Source: Amphiscolops sp. MND2022 (taxonomy: Eukaryota). From it: a DNA stretch of 64,000 nt. Position 1 is the first letter of the stretch. Every line of letters begins with the position of its first letter. The translations under genes and the position numbers were made by a program. Positions 23,701-38,700 of the stretch are shown here, piece by piece. The notes under the pieces are model-generated. The model saw nothing but the letters and a program-made list of their open reading frames with translations, was not told where the DNA came from and ran no database searches. The stretch lies in assembly GCA_964187785.1 (NCBI GenBank), contig OZ076418.1:40796001-40860000 (forward strand), read 5' to 3'.

Positions 23701-26700
23701 TTGATTTCGCATAAATAATTTCATGAGGTCGCTTCATGGAAGCGTGAAGACAAATCAGAAGTTCAACACAGAAATAACTGCAGGCGAATGTTGTAGATAC
23801 TCATGGAAGAAATCGAACCGGCTGAAACTTCGTTCATGGCGACTTTTTTCTTCACATACGTTTCACGTACATCCGAATAGAAAAGATGGAGCAACTAACT
23901 GTTGAGGTTTGAACCGCGGTCGAAACTAAATAATTCTAGATACCATGATAGTCAATAGAATGGCTCCGATACTTCTCTCTCAGAATTATCAATCAACAAA
24001 TAGTCCCGGAAACTTTCATAACCATACAGGCCACGGGAAGAAAAAGTTACAACTCTAGTCATAGGAAACAGTACTTTTACAGATGCTGATAAGTTACTCC
24101 CATTTTCCAAGGAAGACTCTGTCTCGCCGACATTTCGCCTAAACGCTCACTGTCAACGCAGTGAGAATAGCAAGAAAAACTCCGAAGATAAATTGATCCC
24201 GAATTGGCTTCCCATGTTTTAGACTGGATACATTTGGTTGGCTGCAACCTTGCGGAATGAGATTTGCGTTTCAAACATTTCCACCGAAGTTAAGCAAGCC
24301 GCCAGTTTGCCTGGCAAGAAGGAGAAAACAGTTACCAAACGATTCGCAAAGGTCTAAACTATACTAAACTGAATACTGCAGTGAAAAAATGTGTACTGTA
24401 CATTAGTAAATCTTTCGACACCTGTTTCAAAAAAAGCCAAAAATACCAATCACGCCACTGGCTAAAAGTACGAAAGGGGTTGCAGTGGCAGCACTTAAAG
24501 AGCAAAAACTGGCGGGTGTTTTCACCTTCTCTGTACCTCCACATTATTCCACTGAGTGGACTCGGCTGATGAGACGTGAAAAAATGAAAATTATACTAAC
24601 CTGTTCTCCACAGTTCATTCACCTCAAGGGCTTCACAGAGGGTTTGATTTCGCATAAATAATTTCATGAGGTCGCTTCATGGAAGCGTGAAGACAAATCA
24701 GAAGTTCAACACAGAAATAACTGCAGGCGAATGTTGTAGATACTCATGGAAGAAATCGAACCGGCTGAAACTTCGTTCATGGCGACTTTTTTCTTCACAT
24801 ACGTTTCACGTAAATCCGAATAGAAAAGATGGAGCAACTAACTGTTGAGGTTTGAACCGCGGTCGAAACTAAATAATTCTAGATACCATGATAATCAATA
24901 GAATGGCTCCGATACTTCTCTCTCAGAATTATCAATCAACAAACAGTCCCGGAAACTTTCATAACCATACAGGCCACGGGAAGAAAAAGTTACAACTCTA
25001 GTCATAGGAAACAGTACTTTTACAGATGCTGATAAGTTACTCCCATTTTCCAAGGAAGACTGTCTCGCCGACATTTCGCCTGAACACTCACTGTCAACGC
25101 AGTGCGAATAGCAAGAAAAACTCCGAAGATAAAATGAGTCCGAATTGGCTTCCCATGTTTTAGACTGGATACATATGGTTGGCTGCAACCTTGCGGAATG
25201 AGATTCGCGTTTCAAACATTTCCACCGAAGTTAAGCAAGCCGCCAGTTTGCCTGGCAAAAAGGAGAAAACAATTACCAAACGATTGGCGAAGGTCTAAAC
25301 AATACTAAACACTGAAATCTGCAATGAAAAAATCTGTACTGTACATTAGTAAATCTTTCGACACCTAAATTCCAAAAAAATCGAAAAGAGCAATCACGCC
25401 ACTGCCTAAAAGTACAAAAGGTGTTGCAGTGGCAGCACTTGGAGAGCAAAAACTGGCGGGTGTTTTCACCTTCTCTGTACCTCCACATTATTTCACTGAG
25501 TGGACTCGGCTGATGAGACGTGAAAAAATGAAAATTATACTTACCTGTTCTCCGCAGTTCATTCACCTTAAGGGCTTCACAGAGGGTTTGATATCGCATA
25601 AATAATTTCATCAGGTCGCTTTATGGAAGCGTGAAGACAAATCAGAAGTTCACCACAGAAATAACTGCAGGTGAATGTTGTAGATACTCATGGAAGAAAT
25701 CGAACCAGCTGAAACTTCGTTCTTGACGACTTTTTTCTTCACATACGTTTCACGTACATCCGAATAGGAAAGATGCAGCAACTAACTGATGAGGTTTGAA
25801 CCGAGGTCGAAACCAATTAATGCTAGAATTTATGATAGTCAATAGAATGGCTTCGATACTTCCTTCTCGGAATTTTCAATCAACAAATAGTCCCAGAAAC
25901 TTTCATACCCGTACAGGCCACGGGAAGAAAAGTTACAACCCTAGTCATAGCAAACAGTAGTTTTACAAGTGCTGAAAAGTTACTTCCATTTTTTAAGGAA
26001 GACTCTGTCTCGCCGACATTTCGCCTAAACACTCACTGTCAACGCAGTGAGAATAGCAAGAAAAACTCCGAAGATAAATTGATCCCGAATTGGCTTCCCA
26101 TGTTTTAGACTGGATACATTTGGTTGGCTGCAACCTTGCGGAATGAGATTTGCGTTTCAAACATTTCCACCGAAGTTAACCAAGCCGCCAGTTTGCCTGG
26201 CAAGAAGGAGAAAACAGTTACCAAACGATTCGCAAAGGTCTAAACTATACTAAACTGAATACTGCAGTGAAAAAATGTGTACTGTACATTAGTAAATCTT
26301 TCGACACCTGTTTCAAAAAAAGCCAAAAATACCAATCACGCCACTGGCTAAAAGTACGAAAGGGGTTGCAGTGGCAGCACTTAAAGAGCAAAAACTGGCG
26401 GGTGTTTTCACCTCTGTACCTCCACATTATTCCACTGAGTGGACTCGGCTGATGAGACGTGAAAAAATGAAAATTATACTAACCTGTTCTCCACAGTTCA
26501 TTCACCTCAAGGGCTTCACAGAGGGTTTGATTTCGCATAATTTCATGAGGTCGCTTCATGGAAGCGTGAAGACAAATCAGAAGTTCAACACAGAAATAAC
26601 TGCAGGCGAATGTTGTAGATACTCATGGAAGAAATCGAACCGGCTGAAACTTCGTTCATGGCGACTTTTTTCTTCACATACGTTTCACGTACATCCGAAT

Positions 26701-27600
26701 AGAAAAGATGGAGCAACTAACTGTTGAGGTTTGAACCGCGGTCGAAACTAAATAATTCTAGATACCATGATAGTCAATAGAATGGCTCCGATACTTCTCT
26801 CTCAGAATTATCAATCAACAAATAGTCCCGGAAACTTTCATAACCATACAGGCCACGGGAAGAAAAAGTTACAACTCTAGTCATAGGAAACAGTACTTTT
26901 ACAGATGCTGATAAGTTACTCCCATTTTCCAAGGAAGACTGTCTCGCCGACATTTCGCCTGAACACTCACTGTCAACGCAGTGCGAATAGCAAAAAAACT
27001 CCGAAGATAAAATGAGTCCGAATTGGCTTCCCATGTTTTAGACTGGATACATATGGTTGGCTGCAACCTTGCGGAATGAGATTCGCGTTTCAAACATTTC
27101 CACCGAAGTTAAGCAAGCCGCCAGTTTGCCTGGCAAAAAGGAGAAAACAATTACCAAACGATTGGCAAAGGTCTAAACAATACTAAACACTGAAATCTGC
27201 AGTGAAAAAATCTGTACTGTACATTAGTAAATCTTTCGACACCTAAGTTCCAAAAAAATCGAAAAGAGCAATCACGCCACTGCCTAAAAGTACAAAAGGT
27301 GTTGCAGTGGCAGCACTTGAAGAGCAAAAACTGGCGGGTGTTTTCACCTTCTCTGTACCTCCACATTATTTCACTGAGTGGACTCGGCTGATGAGACGTG
27401 AAAAAATGAAAATTATACTTACCTGTTCTCCGCAGTTCATTCACCTTAAGGGCTTCACAGAGGGTTTGATATCGCATAAATAATTTCATCAGGTCGCTTT
27501 ATGGAAGCGTGAAGACAAATCAGAAGTTCACCACAGAAATAACTGCAGGTGAATGTTGTAGATACTCATGGAAGAAATCGAACCAGCTGAAACTTCGTTC
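17750..27600. repeat. Homogeneous domain with ~1.88-kb two-monomer higher-order repeat
   Basis: B-type signature at 20294, 22181, 24065, 25008, 26887 alternating with C-type monomers; near-identical ORFs at 20181/22068 (offset 1887). Confidence 0.8.
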
Positions 27601-30600
27601 TTGACGACTTTTTTCTTCACATACGTTTCACGTACATCCGAATAGGAAAGATGCAGCAAATAACTGATGAGGTTTGAACCGAGGTCGAAACCAATTAATG
27701 CTAGAATTTATGATAGTCAATAGAATGGCTTCGATACTTCCCTCTCGGAATTTTCAATCAACAAATAGTCCCAGAAACTTTCATACCCGTACAGGCCACG
27801 GGAAGAAAAGTTACAACCCTAGTCATAGCAAACAGTAGTTTTACAAGTGCTGAAAAGTTACTTCCATTTTCTAAGGAAGACTCTGTCTCGCCGACATTTC
27901 GCCTAAACACTCACTGTTAACGCAGTGAGAATAGCAAGAAAAACTCCGAAGATAAATTGATCCCGAATTGGCTTCCCATGTTTTAGACTGGATACATTTG
28001 GTTGGCTGCAACCTTGCGGAATGAGATTTGCGTTTCAAACCTTTCCACCGAAGTTAAGCAAGCCACCAGTTTGACTGGCAAGAAGGGGGAAACAGTTACC
28101 GCACGGTTCGCAAAAGTCTAAATTATACTAAACTGAATACTGCAGTGAAAAAATCTGTACAGTACATTAGTGAATCTTTCGACACCTGTTTCAAAAAAGC
28201 CAAAGATAGCAATCACGCCACTGGCTAAAAGTACGAAAGGGGTTGCAGTGGCAGCACTTAAAGAGCAAAAACTGGCGACTGTTTTCACCTTCTCGGTACC
28301 GCCACATTATTTCACTGAGTGGACTCGGCTGATGAGAATTGAAAAAATGAAAATTATAGTTACCTGTTCTCCGCAGTTCATTCACCTTAAGGGCTTCACA
28401 GAGGGTTTGATATCGCATAAATAATTTCATCAGGTCGCTTTATGGAAGCGTGAAGACAAATCAGAAGTTCACCACAGAAATAACTGCAGGTGAATGTTGT
28501 AGATACTCATGGAAGAAATCGAACCAGCTGAAACTTCGTTCTTGACGACTTTTTTCTTCACATACGTTTCACGTACATCCGAATAGGAAAGATGCAGCAA
28601 ATAACTGATGAGGTTTGAACCGAGGTCGAAACCAATTAATGGTAGAATTTATGATAGTCAATAGAATGGCTTCGATACTTCCTTCTCGGAATTTTCAATC
28701 AACAAATAGTCCCAGAAACTTTCATACCCGTACAGGCCACGGGAAGAAAAGTTACAACCCTAGTCATAGCAAACAGTAGTTTTACAAGTGCTGAAAAGTT
28801 ACTTCCATTTTCTAAGGAAGACTCTGTCTCGCCGACATTTCGCCTAAACACTCACTGTCAACGCAGTGAGAATAGCAAGAAAAACTCCGAAGATAAATTG
28901 ATCCCGAATTGGCTTCCCATGTTTTAGACTGGATACATTTGGTTGGCTGCAACCTTGCGGAATGAGATTTGCGTTTGAAACCTTTCCACCGAAGTTAAGC
29001 AAGCCACCAGTTTGCCTGGCAAGAAGGGGGGAACAGTTACCGCACGGTTCGCAAAAGTCTAAATTATACTAAACTGAATACTGCAGTGAAAAAATCTGTA
29101 CAGTACATTAGTGAATCTTTCGACACCTGTTTCAAAAAAAGCCAAAAATAGCAATCACGCCACTGGCTAAAAGTACGAAAGGGGTTGCAGTGGCAGCACT
29201 TAAAGAGCAAAAACTGGCGACTGTTTTCACCTTCTCGGTACCGCCACATTATTTCACTGAGTGGACTCGGCTGATGAGAATTGAAAAAATGAAAATTATA
29301 CTAACCTGTTCTACGCAGTTCATTCATCTTAAGGGCTCCACAGAGGGTTTGATATCGCATAAATAATTTCAAGAGATCGCTTTATGGAAGCGTGAAGACA
29401 AATCAGAAGTTCACCACAGAAATATCTGAGGTGAATGTTGTAGATACTCATGGAAAAGTTGAACCAGCTGAACCTTCGTTCATGGCGACTGTTTTCTTCA
29501 CATACGTTTCACGTACATCCGAATAGGAAAGACGCAGCAAATAACTGATGAGGTTTGAACCGAGGTCGAAACCAATTAATGCTAGAAATTATGATAGTCA
29601 ATAGAATGGCTTCGATACTTCCTTCTCGGAATTTTCAATCAACAAATAGTCCCAGAAACTTTCATACCCGTACAGGCCACGGGAAGAAAAGTTACAACCC
29701 TAGTCATAGCAAACAGTAGTTTTACAAGTGCTGAAAAGTTACTTCCATTTTCTAAGGAAGACTCTGTCTCGCCGACATTTCGCCTAAACACTCACTGTCA
29801 ACGCAGTGAGAATAGCAAGAAAAACTCCGAAGATAAATTGATCCCGAATTGGCTTCCCATGTTTTAGACTGGATACATTTGGTTGGCTGCAACCTTGCGG
29901 AATGAGATTTGCGTTTGAAACCTTTCCACCGAAGTTAAGCAAGCCACCAGTTTGCCTGGCAAGAAGGGGGAAACAGTTACCGCACGGTTCGCAAAAGTCT
30001 AAATTATACTAAACTGAATACTGCAGTGAAAAAATCTGTACAGTACATTAGTGAATCTTTCAAAAAAACTGTTTCAAAAAAAGCCAAAAATAGCAATCAC
30101 GCCACTGGCTAAAAGTACGAAAGGGGTTGCAGTGGCAGCACTTAAAGAGCAAAAACTGGCGACTGTTTTCACCTTCTCGGTACCCCCACATTATTTCACT
30201 GAGTGGACTCGGCTGATGAGAAATGAAAAAATGAAAATTATACTTACCTGTTCTACGCAGTTCATTCATCTTAAGGGCTCCACAGAGGGTTTGATATCGC
30301 ATAAATAATTTCATCAGGTCGCTTCATGGAAGCGTGAAGACAAATCAGAAGTTCACCACAGAAATAACTGCAGGTGAATGTTGTAGATACTCATGGAAAA
30401 GTTGAACCAGCTGAACCTTCGTTCATGGCGACTGTTTTCTTCACATACGTTTCACGTACATCCGAATAGGAAAGACGCAGCAAATAACTGATGAGGTTTG
30501 AACCGAAGTCGAAACCAATTAATGCTAGAAATTATGATAGTCAATAGAATGGCTTCGATACTTCCTTCTCGGAATTTTCAATCAACAAATAGTCCCAGAA

Positions 30601-33600
30601 ACTTTCATACCCGTACAGGCCACGGGAAGAAAAGTTACAACCCTAGTCATAGCAAACAGTAGTTTTACAAGTGCTGAAAAGTTACTTCCATTTTCTAAGG
30701 AAGACTCTGTCTCGCCGACATTTCGCCTAAACACTCACTGTCAACGCAGTGAGAATAGCAAGAAAAACTCCGAAGATAAATTGATCCCGAATTGGCTTCC
30801 CATGTTTTAGACTGGATACATTTGGTTGGCTGCAACCTTGCGGAATGAGATTTGCGTTTGAAACCTTTCCACCGAAGTTAAGCAAGCCACCAGTTTGCCT
30901 GGCAAGAAGGGGGAAACAGTTACCGCACGGTTCGCAAAAGTCTAAATTATACTAAACTGAATACTGCAGTGAAAAAATCTGTACAGTACATTAGTGAATC
31001 TTTCAAAAAAACAGTTTCAAAAAAAGCCAAAAATAGCAATCACGCCACTGGCTAAAAGTACGAAAGGGGTTGCAGTGGCAGCACTTAAAGAGCAAAAACT
31101 GGCGACTGTTTTCACCTTCTCGGTACGGCCACATTATTTCACTGAGTGGACTCGGCTGATGAGAATTGAAAAAATGAAAATTATACTTACCTGTTCTACG
31201 CAGTTCATTCATCTTAAGGGCTCCACAGAGGGTTTGATATCGCATAAATAATTTCAAGAGATCGCTTTATGGAAGCGTGAAGACAAATCAGAAGTTCACC
31301 ACAGAAATATCTGAGGTGAATGTTGTAGATACTCATGGAAGAAGTTGAACCAGCTGAACCTTCGTTCATGGCGACTGTTTTCTTCACATACGTTTCACGT
31401 ACATCTGAATAGAAAAGATGGAGCAACTAACTGTTGAGGTCTGAACCGCGGTCGAAACTAAATAATTCTAGATACCATGATAGTCAATAGAATGGCTCCG
31501 ATACTTCTCAGAATTATCAATCAACAAATAGTCCCGGAAACTTTCATAACCATACAGGCCACGGGAAGAAAAAGTTACAACTCTAGTCATAGGAAACAGT
31601 ACTTTTACAGATGCTGATAAGTTACTCCCATTTTCCAAGGAAGACTGTCTCGCCGACATTTCGCCTGAACACTCACTGTCAACGCAGTGCGAATAGCAAG
31701 AAAAACTCCGAAGATAAAATGAGTCCGAATTGGCTTCCCATGTTTTAGACTGGATACATATGGTTGGCTGCAACCTTGCGGAATGAGATTCGCGTTTCAA
31801 ACATTTCCACCGAAGTTAAGCAAGCCGCCAGTTTGCCTGGCAAAGAGAAAACAGTTACCAAACGATTGGCAAAGGTCTAAACAATACTAAACACTGAAAT
31901 CTGCAGTGAAAAAATCTGTACAGTACATTAGTGAATCTTTCGACACCTGTTTCAAAAAAGCCAAAGATAGCAATCACGCCACTGGCTAAAAGTACGAAAG
32001 GGGTTGCAGTGGCAGCACTTAAAGAGCAAAAACTGGCGACTGTTTTCACCTTCTCGGTACCGCCACATTATTTCACTGAGTGGACTCGGCTGATGAGAAT
32101 TGAAAAAATGAAAATTATAGTTACCTGTTCTCCGCAGTTCATTCACCTTAAGGGCTTCACAGAGGGTTTGATATCGCATAAATAATTTCATCAGGTCGCT
32201 TTATGGAAGCGTGAAGACAAATCAGAAGTTCACCACAGAAATAACTGCAGGTGAATGTTGTAGATACTCATGGAAGAAATCGAACCAGCTGAAACTTCGT
32301 TCTTGACGACTTTTTTCTTCACATACGTTTCACGTACATCCGAATAGGAAAGATGCAGCAAATAACTGATGAGGTTTGAACCGAGGTCGAAACCAATTAA
32401 TGCTAGAATTTATGATAGTCAATAGAATGGCTTCGATACTTCCTTCTCGGAATTTTCAATCAACCAATAGTCCCAGAAACTTTCATACCCGTACAGGCCA
32501 CGGGAAGAAAAGTTACAACCCTAGTCATAGCAAACAGTAGTTTTACAAGTGCTGAAAAGTTACTTCCATTTTCTAAGGAAGACTCTGTCTCGCCGACATT
32601 TCGCCTAAACACTCACTGTCAACGCAGTGAGAATAGCAAGAAAAACTCCGAAGATAAATTGATCCCGAATTGGCTTCCCATGTTTTAGACTGGATACATT
32701 TGGTTGGCTGCAACCTTGCGGAATGAGATTTGCGTTTGAAACCTTTCCACCGAAGTTAAGCAAGCCACCAGTTTGCCTGGCAAGAAGGGGGAAACAGTTA
32801 CCGCACGGTTCGCAAAAGTCTAAATTATACTAAACTGAATACTGCAGTGAAAAAATCTGTACAGTACATTAGTGAATCTTTCGACACCTGTTTCAAAAAA
32901 AGCCAAAAATAGCAATCACGCCACTGGCTAAAAGTACGAAAGGGGTTGCAGTGGCAGCACTTAAAGAGCAAAAACTGGCGACTGTTTTCACCTTCTCGGT
33001 ACCGCCACATTATTTCACTGAGTGGACTCGGCTGATGAGAATTGAAAAAATGAAAATTATACTTACCTGTTCTACGCAGTTCATTCATCTTAAGGGCTCC
33101 ACAGAGGGTTTGATATCGCATAAATAATTTCAAGAGATCGCTTTATGGAAGCGTGAAGACAAATCAGAAGTTCACCACAGAAATATCTGAGGTGAATGTT
33201 GTAGATACTCATGGAAGAAGTTGAACCAGCTGAACCTTCGTTCATGGCGACTGTTTTCTTCACATACGTTTCACGTACATCCGAATAGGAAAGATGCAGC
33301 AAATAACTGATGAGGTTTGAACCGAGGTCGAAACCAATTAATGCTAGAATTTATGATAGTCAATAGAATGGCTTCGATACTTCCTTCTCGGAATTTTCAA
33401 TCAACAAATAGTCCCAGAAACTTTCATACCCGTACAGGCCACGGGAAGAAAAGTTACAACCCTAGTCATAGCAAACAGTAGTTTTACAAGTGCTGAAAAG
33501 TTACTTCCATTTTCTAAGGAAGACTCTGTCTCGCCGACATTTCGCCTAAACACTCACTGTCAACGCAGTGAGAATAGCAAGAAAAACTCCGAAGATAAAT

Positions 33601-36600
33601 TGATCCCGAATTGGCTTCCCATGTTTTAGACTGGATACATTTGGTTGGCTGCAACCTTGCGGAATGAGATTTGCGTTTGAAACCTTTCCACCGAAGTTAA
33701 GCAAGCCACCAGTTTGCCTGGCAAGAAGGGGGAAACAGTTACCGCACGGTTCGCAAAAGTCTAAATTATACTAAACTGAATACTGCAGTGAAAAAATCTG
33801 TACAGTACATTAGTGAATCTTTCGACACCTGTTTCAAAAAAAGCCAAAAATAGCAATCACGCCACTGGCTAAAAGTACGAAAGGGGTTGCAGTGGCAGCA
33901 CTTAAAGAGCAAAAACTGGCGACTGTTTTCACCTTCTCGGTACCGCCACATTATTTCACTGAGTGGACTCGGCTGATGAGACGTGAAAAAATGAAAATTA
34001 TACTTACCTGTTCTACGCAGTTCATTCATCTTAAGGGCTCCACAGAGAGTTTGATATCGCATAAATAATTTCAAGAGATCGCTTTATGGAAGCGTGAAGA
34101 CAAATCAGAAGTTCACCACAGAAATATCTGAGGTGAATGTTGTAGATACTCATGGAAGAAGTTGAACCAGCTGAACCTTCGTTCATGGCGACTGTTTTCT
34201 TCACATACGTTTCACGTACATCCGAATAGAAAAGATGGAGCAACTAACTGTTGAGGTCTGAACCGCGGTCGAAACTAAATAATTCTAGATACCATGATAG
34301 TCAATAGAATGGCTCCGATACTTCTCAGAATTATCAATCAACAAATAGTCCCGGAAACTTTCATAACCATACAGGCCACGGGAAGAAAAAGTTACAACTC
34401 TAGTCATAGGAAACAGTACTTTTACAGATGCTGATAAGTTACTCCCATTTTCCAAGGAAGACTGTCTCGCCGACATTTCGCCTGAACACTCACTGTCAAC
34501 GCAGTGCGAATAGCAAGAAAAACTCCGAAGATAAAATGAGTCCGAATTGGCTTCCCATGTTTTAGACTGGATACATATGGTTGGCTGCAACCTTGCGGAA
34601 TGAGATTCGCGTTTCAAACATTTCCACCGAAGTTAAGCAAGCCGCCAGTTTGCCTGGCAAAGAGAAAACAGTTACCAAACGATTGGCAAAGGTCTAAACA
34701 ATACTAAACACTGAAATCTGCAGTGAAAAAATCTGTACTGTACATTAGTAAAACTTTCGACACCTAAGTTCCAAAAAAATCGAAAAGAGCAATCACGCCA
34801 CTGCCTAAAAGTACAAAAGGTGTTGCAGTGGCAGCACTTGAAGAGCGAAAACTGGCGGGTGTTTTCACCTTCTCTGTACCTCCACATTATTTCACTGAGT
34901 GGACTCGGCTGATGAGACGTGAAAAAATGAAAATTATACTTACCTGTTCTCCGCAGTTCATTCACCTTAAGGGCTTCACAGAGGGTTTGATATCGCATAA
35001 ATAATTTCATCAGGTCGCTTCATGGAAGCGTGAAGACAAATCAGAAGTTCACCACAAAATTAACTGCAGGTGAATGTTGTAGATACTCATGGAAGAAATC
35101 GAACCAGCTGAAACTTCGTTCTTGACGACCTTTTTCTTCACATACGTTTCACGTACATCCGAATAGGAAAGATGCAGCAACTAACTGATGAGGTTTGAAC
35201 CGAGGTCGAAACCAATTAATGCTAGAATTTATGATAGTCAATAGAATGGCTTCGATACTTCCTTCTCGGAATTTTCAATCAACAAATAGTCCCAGAAACT
35301 TTCATACCCGTACAGGCCACGGGAAGAAAAGTTACAACCCTATTCATAGCAAACAGTAGTTTTAAAAGTGCTGAAAAGTTACTTCCATTTTCTAAGGAAG
35401 ACTCTGTCTCGCCGACATTTCGCCTAAACACTCACTGTCAACGCAGTGAGAATAGCAAGAAAAACTCCGAAGATAAATTGATCCCGAATTGGCTTCATGT
35501 TTTAGACTGGATACATTTGGTTGGCTGCAACCTTGCGGAATGAGATTTGCGTTTCAAACCTTTCCACCGGAGTTAAGCAAGCCACCAGTTTGCCTGGCAA
35601 GAAGGGGGAAACAGTTACCGCACGGTTCGCAAAAGTCTAAATTATACTAAACTGAATACTGCAGTGAAAAAATCTGTACAGTACATTAGTGAACCTTTCG
35701 ACACCTGTTTCAGAAAAAGCCAAAAATAGCAATCACGCCACTGGCTAAAAGTACGAAAGGGGTTGCAGTGGCAGCACTTAAAGAGCAAAAACTGGCGACT
35801 GTTTTCACCTTCTCGGTACCGCCACAATATTTCACTGAGTGGACTCGGCTGATGAGAATTGAAAAAATGAAAATTATACTTACCTGTTCTACGCAGTTCA
35901 TTCATCTTAAGGGCTCCACAGAGGGTTTGATATCGCATAAATAATTTCAAGAGATCACTTTATGGAAGCGTGAAGACAAATCAGAAGTTCACCACAAAAT
36001 TAACTGCAGGTGAATGTTGTAGATACTCATGGAAGAAATCGAACCAGCTGAAACTTCGTTCTTGACGACCTTTTTCTTCACATACGTTTCACGTACATCC
36101 GAATAGGAAAGATGCAGCAACTAACTGATGAGGTTTGAACCGAGGTCGAAACCAATTAATGCTAGAATTTATGATAGTCAATAGAATGGCTTCGATACTT
36201 CCTTCTCGGAATTTTCAATCAACAAATAGTCCCAGAAACTTTCATACCCGTACAGGCTACGGGAAGAAAAGTTACAACCCTATTCATAGCAAACAGTAGT
36301 TTTAAAAGTGCTGAAAAGTTACTTCCATTTTCTAAGGAAGACTCTGTCTCGCCGACATTTCGCCTAAACACTCACTGTCAACGCAGTGAGAATAGCAAGA
36401 AAAACTCCGAAGATAAATTGATCCCGAATTGGCTTCATGTTTTAGACTGGATACATTTGGTTGGCTGCAACCTTGCGGAATGAGATTTGCGTTTCAAACC
36501 TTTCCACCGAAGTTGAGCAAGCCATCAGTTTGCCTGGCAAGAAGGGGGAAACAGTTACCGCACGGTTCGCAAAAGTCTAAATTATACTAAACTGAATACT

Positions 36601-38700
36601 GCAGTGAAAAAATCTGTACAGTACATTAGTGAACCTTTCGACACCTGTTTCAGAAAAAGCCAAAAATAGCAATCACGCCACTGGCTAAAAGTACGAAAGG
36701 GGTTGCAGTGGCAGCACTTAAAGAGCAAAAACTGGCGACTGTTTTCACCTTCTCGGTACCGCCACAATATTTCACTGAGTGGACTCGGCTGATGAGAATT
36801 GAAAAAATGAAAATTATACTTACCTGTTCTACGCAGTTCATTCATCTTAAGGGCTCCACAGAGGGTTTGATATCGCATAAATAATTTCAAGAGATCACTT
36901 TATGGAAGCGTGAAGACAAATCAGAAGTTCACCACAGAAATATCTGAGGTGAATGTTGTAGATACTCATAGAAGAAGTTGAACCAGCTGAACCTTCGTTC
37001 ATGGCGACTGTTTTCTTCACATACGTTTCACGTACATCCGAATAGAAAAGATGGAGCAACTAACTGTTGAGGTTTGAACCGCGGTCGAAACTAAATAATT
37101 CTAGATACCATGATAGTCAATAGAATGGCTCCGATACTTCCTTCTCAGAATTATCAATCAACAAATAGTCCCGGAAACTTTCATAACCATACAGGCCACG
37201 GGAAGAAAAAGTTACAACTCTAGTCATAGGAAACAGTACTTTTACAGATGCTGATAAGTTACTCCCATTTTCCAAGGAAGACTGTCTCGCCGACATTTCG
37301 CCTGAACATTCACTGTCAACGCAGTGCGAATAGCAAGAAAAACTCCGAAGATAAAATGAGTCCGAATTGGCTTCCCATGTTTTAGTCTGGATACATATCC
37401 TTGCGGAATGAGATTCTCGTTTCAAACATTTCCACCGAAGTTAAGCAAGCCGCCAGTTTGCCTGGCAAAAAGGAGAAAACAGTTACCAAACGATTGGCAA
37501 AGGTCTAAACAATACTAAACACTGAAATCTGCAGTGAAAAAATCTGTACTGTACATTAGTAAATCTTTCGACACCTAAGTTCCAAAAAATCGAAAAGAGC
37601 AATCACGCCACTGCCTAAAAGTACAAAAGGTGTTGCAGTGGCAGCACTTAAAGAGCAAAAACTGGCGGGTGTTTTCACCTTCTCTGTACCTTCACATTAT
37701 TTCACTGAGTGGACTCGGCTGATGAGACGTGAAAAAATGAAAATTATACTTACCTGTTCTCCGCAGTTCATTCACCTTAAGGGCTTCACAGAGGGTTTGA
37801 TATCGCATAAATAATTTCATCAGGTCGCTTCATGGAAGCGTGAAGACAAATCAGAAGTTCACCACAGAAATAACTGCAGGTGAATGTTGTAGATACTCAT
37901 GGAAGAAATCGAACCAGCTGAAACTTCGTTCTTGACGACCTTTTTCTTCACATACGTTTCACGTACATCCGAATAGGAAAGATGCAGCAACTAACTGATG
38001 AGGTTTGAACCGAGGTCGAAACCAATTAATGCTAGAATTTATGATAGTCAATAGAATGGCTTCGATACTTCCTTCTCGGAATTTTTAACCAACAAATAGT
38101 CCCAGAAACTTTCATACCCGTACAGGCCACGGGAAGAAAAGTTACAACCCTAGTCATAGCAAACAGTAGTTTTACAAGTGCTGAAAAGTTACTTCCATTT
38201 TCTAAGGAAGACTCTGTCTCGCCGACATTTCGCCTAAACACTCACTGTCAACGCAGTGAGAATAGCAAGAAAAACTCCGAAGATAAATTGATCCCGAATT
38301 GGCTTCCCATGTTTTAGACTGGATACATTTGGTTGGCTGCAACCTTGCGGAATGAGATTTGCGTTTCAAACCTTTCCACCGAAGTTAAGCAAGCCACCAG
38401 TTTGCCTGGCAAGAAGGGGGAAACAGTTACCGCACGGTTCGCAAAAGTCTAAATTATACTAAACTGAATACTGCAGTGAAAAAATCTGTACAGTACATTA
38501 GTGAATCTTTCGACACCTGTTTCAAAAAAAGCCAAAAATAGCAATCACGCCACTGGCTAAAAGTACGAAAGGGGTTGCAGTGGCAGCACTTAAAGAGCAA
38601 AAACTGGCGACTGTTTTCACCTTCTCGGTACCCCCACATTATTTCACTGAGTGGACTCGGCTGATGAGAAATGAAAAAATGAAAATTATACTTACCTGTT
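27600..38700. repeat. Domain with 3- and 4-monomer duplications
   Basis: Private variants recur at offset 3761 (ORFs 28170/31931, 29064/32825) and 2817-2820 (B-type at 31593, 34410, 37230); single-monomer duplication 35642/36582. Confidence 0.75.
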
